A stretch of DNA of 63,595 nt, the filler included, from Perkinsus chesapeaki ATCC PRA-425 (Eukaryota > Protista > Perkinsozoa), in the NCBI GenBank assembly GCA_013115145.1. It is 5 parts of 5 records of this genome, joined end to end, with 100 filler letters (N's around TTAATTAATTAA, not from the genome) between each part and the next. Parts side by side here need not be neighbours in the genome. Positions count along the whole stretch, not along the records: positions 1 to 12,972 come from JAAPAO010000802.1; 4 more parts are not named here. The stretch is one strand, 5' to 3'. Positions within the stretch are counted from its first letter, which is position 1. Each line of letters opens with the position of its first letter. The notes under the pieces are model-generated. The model was not told the origin of the DNA. It saw nothing but the letters and a program-made list of their open reading frames with translations, and made no database searches. Positions 1 to 10,415 of the stretch are shown in pieces. Position numbers and translations under genes: made by a program.

Positions 1-1042
1 TATTGAGTTATTATAGTACTTGGTCCGGCACAGGGAGCTCGCGCATAAACTAAACCTTAGCGTCAAGCAACACCAATGAGGAGTGCGCAGCTGCCACTCA
101 CTTCCAGTGGAAGTCTTCCACAAGATCCATTAACGAGCGTCGCGGCCGACCTACTGTGGTATTGCCCCACAGTAAAAAGATCGATAAAGAAACGGCGACC
201 ATTTCTTTTTTGTTCTTCGACCTGATATCTCTCCCCCATACATTCGTTTTCGTAAACCTATGTTCACGCTCACTGATACCATCATCCATCTCGTGTCAGA
301 TGCGGAGTGTTATGCGCCGAATGTGGTTGGGCCAAGAATATAGGACGAGACCGATGAGGCTGCTGCTAATTGGAGCCATCAGACATCAAGGAGTATAAGC
401 CTAGTTCAGGCTACCTTCAAAGGTGATTCAGCTTTCTCATTCAATAGGCTTTCCTGGTAGTCCTATCAAGTATTATTCAAATAATAGGATTACCCTTTCG
501 TATGGAAAACAGTTAAGACCGAGGGTTGAACGCTGGTAGGGGGTGAAAGTCGTCAAGGACATCAAGTGTTATGGTGAAGAAACATGTTATGAAGGAATTC
601 AGGCCTTCAGTCGATTACTGGGCTGCCAGTGCTCTTATCCTACACGATGGACGTCAACGTAATACTAACGAGGCAACTAATCAATACCGTATAGGTAGAA
701 GACCGGCCCGCAGGCTGTTGCTTTAGCAGGCATAAACCAAGGCCCGAAGTCTAGACATCATTCAATGGAAATCTAAAGCTTCCTAGAATCTGCTAGTAGT
801 ACTGTCGAATCCAGGGCTGGGTGTTTGTAATGGACCATGCATGGTCCTGACTGGTGGCCCGCCCATTGCGGGCTTTGTCCTGTCAGCCACAGCTGGCCCT
901 CTCGAAGCTTGTTTCCGAGGATCTAACGCTCACGTCGAAGGAAGGATGGATGTATTGTACGGAATACTATCCGTAAACTTCCCTGTGTGCTGTTAACTTG
1001 ACTTACGAAATTCCCGAATACGCCCTCTCTATTATATACAAC

Positions 1043-1850
1043 TTACTTGTCTATATATTGCTCTACCTTTGCGATGTTACCCTTCACTCCATCGATTGCA
1101 GATTGTGTGCAGTCTACGAAAGTAACTCTACTGCATAGGCCAGCAAGGAGAGCAGATGCACCGATAATACCACCACCACAGCCAAGGTCGAATAGATGAA
1201 CTGATCTAGAATCTTCAATCTGAATGAACAACAACTCGTCAGATAAGACGTAGAGCAATCATATTAGTTCGATGTTGATGGTGCAAAAGGGGACTTTTTG
1301 ATGGAGTTCTTTATTTCATAAATTACCATTCACGATAGCCTAACTATTGAATATAACGCCGTACCGAGTATGTAATGTGACCAATACAGTGAAGGCAGTG
1401 TGAGTAATTAGCAATAATCATTATGTAAAATGAGTATACAGTACCAGTAACTATTTCACAGCCAGCAGCCCGCTCGAGGCATGTGTATCCTACATTATCA
1501 TAGCCTACTTGCACCCGTATTTTTAAGTAGGCCCGAAACCGTGGCCATGGTAGTTTAATTACTTTTATTTACTTATGAGAGTCGCGTTATCATCGTCAAA
1601 ATATCCTAGGTCGATTCGTGCATTCCATAATTTAAGTAATACTCAACAGACTATCCCCTCTCCATTAGCGCACCCCCTTTGCTTGTCTCCGCATTTCCGC
1701 CCTTTGAAACGCAGTCCGCATCCATTTCAGTGCGACTGTTGGCTGGGTTGAATATTCCTCCAAACCGGCTGCTGTCTGTTGATAACCTTCAAAAGTCGAG
1801 AGCAGTGATATGATCCTGGAAGTCGACAAGGATAGTGACGGTCGGGGCAT
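1043..1850 (-). CDS. METTL5: METTL5-like class I SAM-dependent methyltransferase (at least 2 exons; 3' extent uncertain, possibly reaching ~100)
   Basis: Exon from ATG at 1850 encodes LSTFEGYQQTAAGLEEYSTQPTVA, resembling the METTL5 N-terminal F..pk..LEQY.T motif. Next exon encodes SAM motif I LFDLGCGGGIIGASALLAGLCSRVTFVD and ends at a GTAAG donor. I could not locate the NPPF motif. Confidence 0.55.
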
Positions 1851-2620
1851 TCAGATAAGCAATGAAACTTTTCCTATCACATCACAGCTGTCCGCAAACC
1901 CTTCATCCTATCACACTGTACACGGTTCACAGCGGGAGCGCCTCGACCGAATTCCTGCTGCTGCTGCTGCTGACGACCAGTACAAGTTGTCTTAATTTTT
2001 CATTGACCAGAGTATTAGTCACCCGACTACTACCGGGGCTGCCTAGCTCGCCGATTACGACGGGTGTATTACAATACAGGTTTCTACTTATCAATGATAT
2101 ACAAGATGATCCCATCTTAACGCCGACTTTGTCGAGTATTATCTGAATTGTTAACGACTATGTTATCCTATAACCCCTCAGTTCAGTTGCCGACTACTTA
2201 CAACTACTCAGAAGCACCGGACCTTTCTTGACATCACGTTTTCATGCTCCCTTATCACGACACACAACAAACCCTCCAACCACTCCGGTTCCCCGGCCAC
2301 TCAGGGCAAGAGTCGAATGCCTGAATAGAGGGTCACAGAGGGATTGCGGACGAATACACTTCATGCTTCCCCTTGCCCCTTGAGGAGCTCGATATTTACC
2401 ACTGAAATTAGCTCGATTATACGTCTGTACTATACTCGTTTGAGGTTAAATATTGTTCAACTTCATCATCAACTTCAAAGCTAATCTATAACCTAATCCC
2501 AGTCAGGCCACAGCCACCCGATTCTCGACGCCATCCCCTCCAACAGCCCCTAGAGCTTACGGACCCCAACTCACCAGATGATACTCATCACAACACCAAC
2601 ACCAACAATAACAGAAACCA

Positions 2621-4846
2621 TTAAATTTCGTATCTGAAACTGCCTTCACCCAGCAAGTGTTCTTGATGCCACCCGTCCAGCAATAAAGTTAAGTCATCCA
2701 AGCTCTCCACGAAAATCGCCTCCACTCCCTCCCTGAGCTCCCCAGCGATCTCGGACCAATCCCGCTCGTTCCCGCGCGGCAAGACGACAACTCGGACCCC
2801 CTCCAGACTCGCCGCGACTATTTTCTCCCGAATGCCTCCCACACGATGGACCTCCCCACCGAGAGTGATAGCACCCGTAAAGCCGACGTCACCAGGCAAG
2901 GCTTGGCCCCGCTGATGCGCCCAAAACAAAGCTGCCACCGCGAGCCCGAGAGAAGGACCGTCCTTTCGAGCTGACATATCCGGCCCGATATTCACATGCA
3001 TCGGTGTCGATACTTTTGCCCAACTCGCTGCGACTCGTATGGTCTCCTGCAAAGTAGTGCCAACTTGTCCTGTTATGAGCCAGTCAGTACTCGGCAAACA
3101 CTCCACATCGAGGACTGCTCCGCCGGCTTCTGTCCACCCCAATCCAACCGCACGGGAGTCCCGCCGAGCTCGATCCAACCGAGCAACTTGGTTTCCCGGA
3201 TACGTCGGGAGCCCAAGCCAATCGCTGACATTTCCGCCAGACACTCGCATAGGTAGTTCATTTTCCCCCTCGCACAAGCGAACTACCGCGCGCCTGAAAA
3301 TTCGCCATAAGTTCGTCTGCATCTCTCGAACACCCAGCTCTCTACAATAAGATGTCGCAATTCTTTCGAGTGCGCACTCTTCAATTACCAGCGTATCTTT
3401 GCCTATATTACACGCCTTTTCGCACTCCGGAATGATATACTTCCGCCCGATCGCTATCTTCTCCTTGTTCACAAAGCCCGCAATTCTAACCACGTCAAAT
3501 CTGTTGGCCAACGCAGCTGGAACTTCCTCAACGGAGTTCGCCGTGCCGATAAACAACACCCCACTTAAATCTATCGGCACTTCGATGAAGTTATCTGTGA
3601 AACCTCCCGCCGATCCACAATCTAGAGCATCCAGCAACGCCGATGCCGGATCACCCATGCCTCCTCCTCCCATCGAATGAGCGCCTCCACCCAGCTTGTC
3701 TATTTCATCCAGCAGTATAACTGGATTTACTCTCCCACTGCTGATAAACGCATTAACCAGTTTGCCCGCTTGACTGCCAATATAAGTCCGTCGATGCCCC
3801 TTCAGCTCTCCAGCGTCCGACAGCCCCCCCAAAGATACAACCTCAAATCTCCTCCCAATTGCCTCGGCGATGCTCCGAGCGATCGTCGTTTTGCCGCACC
3901 CAGGCGGGCCCACCAGCAAAATCGGTCTCACTCTTCCGGGCGTGGAAGATATCATTTCGAGTGCGCAAACTTCCACCACGCGTTCCTTAACCTCCTCCAG
4001 CCCATAGTGTGTTTCTGACAACTTTTTCCTAACTGTTTTCAAATCGGTGATTTTCCGTGATCGTTCTCGCGGCAACGACAGCAATAAATCCAGATATTGC
4101 CTATTCGCCGCATACTCCTGGCTGCTCGGCTCAAGCTGACGCAGCCTCTTCACTTCCCTGTCAAACGCCCACCGGACCCTCGTCATATCATGCGGTATCT
4201 TTGCGCCCAAATCGATCAACTGATCGATATCGTCCCTAGTTTTTTCTCCTTCATTTCTACTTTTAATTAAATCAATAACCATCCGCGCCCTTCCCACCAA
4301 TCCTGGCTCCTCCAGCATTTTTATTTTCTCTTCGTCCGAAACTTCCAGCATCGTCGCCAGTGCGTCTGGCATCCAATGCAGGTCTCTAGCATCACATCGC
4401 GCCAACGCCTGTGACCATTTTACGGCGAATTCCGAATCCGCTCGAGCAAGCCTCTCACACATCTCCATTAGTTCTTCCCGAACTCTTCGAATTGCTGCCC
4501 TGTTATCGTGCGTATCTTTTCGCACTATGAAGATTCCATTTTCGCTCCTCTCCACCCGCACTTTAGGTATCATCATGCCTCTCTCCCCAATCTCCACCAG
4601 TGTTCCCACGCGGCTCTGCGCATGCGTGCAGATCGCATGGCCGCCAATTCCAACGTTTCCCTTCTCCCCCGTCGGAAGCGCCACATGCACCCCTGGTAGT
4701 ACCACTTCTTCAATTTCTCGCAGATTCTTTGGGAGCCCTGATCCTGGCCGCGGGACGAATCCCTTCGGCAAGCTCCCAGTGAAATTCGCGTCGCTCAAAC
4801 GGTGCGCTCGTGCTCGCAGCACAATTGTAGACGAACGGCGGAACAT
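2621..4846 (-). CDS. LON: Lon protease (AAA+ plus S16 protease), 741 aa, intronless, probable mitochondrial presequence
   Basis: Walker A GPPGCGKT, Walker B ILLDEIDK, GHRRTYIGS motif, catalytic Ser in KDGPS and Lys in GGIREK. N-terminus MFRRSSTIVLRARAHRLS is Arg/Ser-rich. Confidence 0.95.
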   Translation of the reverse strand: MFRRSSTIVLRARAHRLSDANFTGSLPKGFVPRPGSGLPKNLREIEEVVLPGVHVALPTGEKGNVGIGGHAICTHAQSRVGTLVEIGERGMMIPKVRVERSENGIFIVRKDTHDNRAAIRRVREELMEMCERLARADSEFAVKWSQALARCDARDLHWMPDALATMLEVSDEEKIKMLEEPGLVGRARMVIDLIKSRNEGEKTRDDIDQLIDLGAKIPHDMTRVRWAFDREVKRLRQLEPSSQEYAANRQYLDLLLSLPRERSRKITDLKTVRKKLSETHYGLEEVKERVVEVCALEMISSTPGRVRPILLVGPPGCGKTTIARSIAEAIGRRFEVVSLGGLSDAGELKGHRRTYIGSQAGKLVNAFISSGRVNPVILLDEIDKLGGGAHSMGGGGMGDPASALLDALDCGSAGGFTDNFIEVPIDLSGVLFIGTANSVEEVPAALANRFDVVRIAGFVNKEKIAIGRKYIIPECEKACNIGKDTLVIEECALERIATSYCRELGVREMQTNLWRIFRRAVVRLCEGENELPMRVSGGNVSDWLGLPTYPGNQVARLDRARRDSRAVGLGWTEAGGAVLDVECLPSTDWLITGQVGTTLQETIRVAASWAKVSTPMHVNIGPDMSARKDGPSLGLAVAALFWAHQRGQALPGDVGFTGAITLGGEVHRVGGIREKIVAASLEGVRVVVLPRGNERDWSEIAGELREGVEAIFVESLDDLTLLLDGWHQEHLLGEGSFRYEI

Positions 4847-4951
4847 CGACGAAACAATCTGGGGAAAGGCCTGTGAGTCAATTCACAAACGCAACGCCGC
4901 CAAACTAGTGACAAAAGTACGTGAAGTCATGGAGGCAAAAGCCAGTAATAT

Positions 4952-4995
4952 TACCCTTCCCGAGGATTGAACCCATGGCCTACTGCTCAAGAATG
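4952..4995 (-). other. Decayed tRNA 3'-end fragment (intergenic, upstream of Lon)
   Basis: Minus strand reads ggccatggg-TTCAATC-ctcgg-gaagggt-A: T-loop, 5-nt stem, 7-nt acceptor strand, discriminator A. No 5' half. Confidence 0.5.
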
Positions 4996-5047
4996 TCAAC
5001 AAGACTCAGTTGAGGATGGCTCAGTCTTACCTAAACAGCAGAGATAC

Positions 5048-5772
5048 CTAATCTTGCGCGCCGCGAAATTCACCCTCTTCGCTTCGTGGTCCACTTGTGA
5101 CGCTTTCACCCATTACCGAGTCATCACTCGAAAGCCGACTTGAGAGCAACTCCGGCAAGGCCCCTGGAGATGCTGTCAGCAAACTATGTAGATCCTCCGC
5201 TCTGAAGGAGGACGAAATACAGAACAACTCCACATAGGGCGGAATTTAAAGGAAGGCTCTAGGTTACGTAATAGATCACCTATACCTTTAATAAACATAA
5301 ACACCATTCAAAGATTCCTAATGCTCCCTCAACAACAACTGAGTACTACTACTACAACTACCGGAGGTGGTGATGTGAAGGTTAGCGGACCGTTATCTAT
5401 ACGCGATCCATAAGATATTTCACTCCTCACTTCACCGTTAAACTGTCGTAGTAATAAAAAAGTCCAGAAAACAAACCACACGCGCACCGATCCACTTCGA
5501 ACTGGTGCTGCTGCCACCCACTCACAGCAGAGCTGTATTCCTTTCCTCCCTGACCCTCAGATTTGTAACTTCAACATCATCCTCGTCCTCCTCCGCAGTT
5601 TCCCTTCGCTGCGGTTTCCAACCCTTCCGATCAAACAATCGATTCAATCCATCCCTAACTTCCCTCAAATCCTCGCATTTGGCAGCAACCTTAAGAATCC
5701 TCTCCGGCTCGAAATGCGGAAGACCGCTAACTCCCGCCAGCCAATCACCAATCACTTCGTCATTCGCCAACC
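5048..5772 (-). CDS. Unassigned coding exons, possibly a C-terminal extension of the ion channel gene
   Basis: Exon LANDEVIGDW...EEDEDDVEV follows a ccgtAG acceptor whose phase matches a potential donor at 6112 (GGG AAA AG|GTAGAA). No recognisable domain. Confidence 0.35.
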
Positions 5773-6109
5773 TACGGGCCGGAAAATTTCCACAATAGAG
5801 AAAACTCGCGTCCCTTTCGCGGACAATTCACTAAAGTTCCAGCTACACGCTGCTGCGTATTTTCTTGCAAAGCAGAGCCGATTGACCATTGCACCATGAA
5901 GAAATATCTTAATTTTACAGAGGTATAAAGCAGCATTACATACTTCTATCCATTTGATCACTTTAAGATCACCTGTCTTTATCACACTATTAATAATAGA
6001 GTGGTAAAGATGGTTAATGTTCAAGTGATAGACTAGAGTCTGGTGAAGATCGTAAAATAGTATTATGTATTCACCACAGCTTCCTCCATGCGCTTGGCAA
6101 CCCCTCATT

Positions 6110-9046
6110 CTACCTTTTCCCTTCCACGATCAATCCCTCCTCAATAAGGCCGCGTAAGCTTCTGCGAATTATCCCATTAATTTCCTTCTCGCCTTTGTCA
6201 GCCAATGAGTTCGCCAAAAGCAAGTCCAATTTAACTCCGAGTCGCCGACTATTGCTCTCCATACGATTCACAATACTCCTCTCGTTTCCCGCAAGTTCCT
6301 GCCGCACCTGACCACCACACGGCGTCACCTCCTCAAGCAATTCCATCATCCATGGGCCTACCCTCTCAAACTTTTTGTCCAAAGTGTACTGCACTCGCAG
6401 CAGATCCTTCCCTTTCGCCGGGCCCGCGATCCTCAAACACCCTTCGACGAATTCGGTGTAGGTGACCTGCCAACCCACACCTTCCCAAAGACCACCGTGG
6501 AAGATGATGACTATCGTTAAACAGGTAAAAACGTATCAGTAGCAAGCGGAGCTGTTACATATACTTGAGGCGTTCAAGTGGCGCGGAACGCCGACAGACT
6601 ACATTATTTTCATCACATATCTGTCCCAGTTCTACTGGGCCTTCGCCTCCGAAATCCTTACCCTTCTTGATTGACTTATATCAATCAGCCCAAACAGCTC
6701 CGCTGCATCACGAAGACTGACTTCCACAAACTTCAGCCGCTGCATTACATCCTCATTACGCAATACCTAATTGAGCTCCAATCAACCACTACCCAAAAAT
6801 CTCCATTTTTTGAAGATTGAAATTTTCAATATTACTTTCACAAACTCATCTTCGGATATCCACCCACGCCCATCTTTATCCGCCTCCTTGAAAACCTCGT
6901 GAAGATGATTAAATGCCTAATAATGCCCCACCCAGGGTTCGAACCCGGGTCGCGTGCATGACAAACTCACAGCTTGTCTAAATTCCTCGTTCCGCCGATT
7001 TTTCTCCTCATAATCCGTTCTCGACACCTCCAGCACCTGTGATTTCCTACACACGTTTTTCCAGCGGCAATCACTTACATTTTCGAGAATAACTCCCGTC
7101 ATCAATGACACTATAATAAAGTTCATGAAGAACACAAACGGTATTATCGTCAATGCGATGATCGACACATAGTGATTTGTGGCATAGAAACTGATGATAA
7201 ACAGGAATGTCGAACAACATTAAAAATCGGTAGCAATATTGCGCCATGTCTACTTTGTGTACATGCATGTAAATGCTTCCAGAACGAGCATATTTATAAT
7301 TTATCATATCCTATATTCGATACAAGTACGTACAAAGTGTTCGGAGCCAATGACTGAAAGAATACGTTCCTAGACTGGATCCGCTCCCATCCTTATCGAA
7401 CATCTATATAGATCTGGAATGCAGCACTTAGCCAGGCAGCTACTTCCAACGATTCTGATACCCTCCAACACAGCCAAGGCATCAATTCCCTCCACTACAT
7501 TTCCGGCCAGTTCTCCAAAGTGACCAGTTGAAACATGGTTAACATAGATTGAGGAACCGATCGGAATGGTGGCTGACCGTAGGTACCTGAAATAATACAG
7601 GCAAGATATGACAGTGTTATTGAGAGCTATTCGGCAGGCTTGCATTTTCCTTCAATAGGACTATATTGAGAAAGCTAAAACTCTACCAATATCGATTAAT
7701 GACGAGCAAAATCTTTCAGTGAACCTATTTCGCAGGCAAGGAAGTCAATCTTCACGAATGCTTCCAGGCCTCGTCAGACTATGTCCGTGCTTGTGGAATC
7801 CCGCCACTTTCAATCAAAGGAAATGCACAAAATTTTACAAAGTTAATAGCCCTCGATTAGTATCATGAATCCATCTTTTTAACATCGTGTGCCCCAAGAA
7901 GTTCGAAGAGAAAGATTCATTTTGCGAAGAGCACCGACTAGCAACGGAGAAGTGATGACAGTGTTACCCAAACCTTTGGCCAATAACTCCGAGTCAGGAT
8001 TGCCCAGATCATCCTTCCAGTCGTTGGCGATGTTCTTGGTGAATATCCTCATACCAACTGCTGCTACATAAATCAGAATTGTCATTAATATTACCATCCA
8101 CAACACCTAATAGCAATAACAGATGAGCCGCTGTCAAGTACCAAGATCGATTAATTAATCAATCAAGTGACACTGGCGATAACATATAGCTTTACGTCGG
8201 GAGACACTCCTCAAATGGCCGGCAAGACCAGTCACGCCTCGATCCGAGTACCCTTACAATTTTGAAAGCGCAATAGATGCCCCTCATTATTAGAGCCAAT
8301 GGCCGGAGGAATCGGAACAGTCGGGCGATTCTCGCCAGTCTCAGTAGTCTGCCGGTCCCTGAGGAGGAGAGTAACAAGGACGATAATATCTGGCTTACTT
8401 AAGAAGTTAAAGCTCGCCAAGCTTTCACCGGTGAAGAAGGGAACGATCCACATACCGACCACGTCCGATAGGACCAATAAGGTGTCGAACCAGTTCCATG
8501 TGTCACGAACCCAACTACGCCAACCCTCGTTCTCCAGACGAAGGAATAGTTCTACCGCAAAGATGACGAGAAAAATAGAGTTAATAATCAACCACGATAC
8601 GCTATCATCGTTAACGTCCAGATCGGTTTCAAGGCCAACTGAGACCGAATTGAGGAGGACCATTGCCGAGAAGAACATATTGGCTTTGCGGGACTCAACA
8701 GCGCGGATAGATACAGCGCGTACAGATAGTTGTCGAGTGACCAGCTTGCGCCAAAGGGAAGTGTTAATTCTTGGACGGATGTCATCTTCGGAACCGTTAA
8801 AGCTTGAAGAGTCGGGAATGACCTCGGAATCTGGGATGGTAATGCTGAGATGAGGCTTGGAACTCTTTGGGGTACCACTGTTAACCTGAGTATCATAGGT
8901 TGAAGCGAGGAAGATACGGAATAGGTCAGGATGCAAGGTCTTACTATTGATTTTTCTTTTTGCCGTGCGGCGACACTAAGCCTATCAAGCTTCCAGTTTC
9001 CATTAGATTCCCCTGTTGGAGTTGGAGGTACTGAAAGTGACGACAT
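6110..9046 (-). CDS. Single-domain 6TM voltage-gated cation channel (Ion_trans) with C-terminal EF-hands, multi-exon
   Basis: S1-S3 FFSAMVLLNSVSVGLET...WNWFDTLLV; S4 RLLRLARIARLFRFLRPL; S6 FMNFIIVSLMTGVILENV; EF-hands FKEADKDGRGWISEDEF and LFGLIDIS...VTYTEFVEGCLRIAGPAKGKDL. In-frame GT-AG introns at e.g. 8886-8944 and 6917-6970. ATG at 9046. Confidence 0.88.
6917..6970 (-). other. 54-nt intron consisting almost entirely of a sense tRNA 3' half (Asp/Glu-like)
   Basis: GTGAGtttgtcatgcacgcgacccggg-TTCGAAC-cctgg-gtggggc-A-ttattAG. Removing it joins NEEFRQA to AFNHLHEVF in frame. Confidence 0.75.
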
Positions 9047-9168
9047 ACCCAATAAAATTCACAGAGTAGAATAATCGATTCTGCGCAGTTATCGAGCGTT
9101 AGGAAAACTCAAGAATAGCAAGATTACGTAAGATTTACACACTAATCCATACTAGTAAATCTTTTAAA

Positions 9169-10415
9169 ATGAATATGAAATTCCTTACCTGGCTGTCCTC
9201 TGGCAGGCTGTCTCTTCTCGGTGCATCTGCAAATCTAATCATGGCCTGTATCGGAGTTGGTATCTTAGCTCTACCCAAGGTTTTGCAACAAGCTGGTTGG
9301 ATTGGTGGTTATATAATATTATTTATCGCATCACTATCATCGCTTTGGATGGCCATGCACCTTGCTGATGCTTGCACCGCCAAAACCTCCTCAGATGGCG
9401 TTGTCCCGACCTACCAGCAACTTGGAGAGATCACCTTCGGTGCGGCACCGAAGGCACCGACGGTGCCTTCGGTCGGGCCACTGTGATTCTCACCCTCGAC
9501 GTCCTCCTACTTGGTCTTTGTGTGGTCCTATTGATTCTATTCGCCGAAAATACTTTAAGGATCTCCCCCGGCTTAAATAAGACTCAATGGGTTCTGATCT
9601 ACGCCGCTGTGATGCTACCACTGGCATGCATCAGATCAGTCAAGCTCATCAGCTACCTCTCAATCATCGGCATACTTTCCGTCTTTGTATCGCTTATTCT
9701 AATAATTATAGCCTGTACTGCGGAGCTCCTCAGCAATGAAGACGCTACCGAATACTCTTTATTACGATTAACTCAACTTGGCAGCGCATTGGGCACGCTG
9801 ATGACTTCGTTTGGTCTCACCGGTCTCATACCAACGGTTATGAACAACATGGTCGACCCCGGTAAAATCGATCTTTCTATCTCCCTCGCCTTTCTCGTGG
9901 TGACTCTCATATACGTTTGCATCACCGCAGTCGGCTACGCAGCGTTCGGTGCTTCTATTGCCGAGTACGGTGATATTGTCAGTGCTATCTCGAATGGTTC
10001 TGATGAGCTTACTGATCTGTCATATTCTATTATTATTTTTATTCTTCTTTTATGTGCTTCACATTTCCTAGTGTTGTTCTGCCCAGTTGCCGCCGACTGC
10101 GAGTCTCTTCTGCCATCGAGCGCGCATCGACTTTGGGCGTATCTTGTTCGAGCGCTTCTCATCTCCGTCTGTACCGTGATCGCTGCGGTGGTGCCGGGAG
10201 TGGTGGATCTGATAGCTCTGCTGGGGTCGATCTGCGGCATCCCTAATGTAAGTCTAATATTATTGTGTAACTTCACCGAAGAATATAGAAATGAATATCA
10301 CTTTAAAAATGAGGCTTTCTATTCCTTACTTTGTGGATCGGATTCGCAATCCAATGACATGATAGTTTGCTCATTCTTATCATCCACAGTTAACCCAACA
10401 ATTAGGAGCAAATAG
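9169..10415 (+). pseudogene. Aa_trans (AAAP-family) amino-acid transporter, frameshifted near 9444-9466; 3' end also irregular
   Basis: NLIMACIGVGILALP and TYQQLGEITFG lie in one frame; the remaining TM helices lie in another. A 23-nt fold-back insertion accounts for the shift. Confidence 0.8.

Noticed and set aside
1927-2600. Possible small exons between Lon and the METTL5-like gene
   Set aside because: Could not build a consistent in-phase exon chain or recognise a product.
6917-6970. Intact tRNA genes at the T-loop sites
   Set aside because: 5' halves missing or stems unpaired; reported only as tRNA-derived fragments.
8299-8853. 184-aa + strand ORF; likewise 4527-4970 (+) and 48651-49298 (-)
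   Set aside because: Antisense shadows of the channel, Lon and La-motif coding regions.
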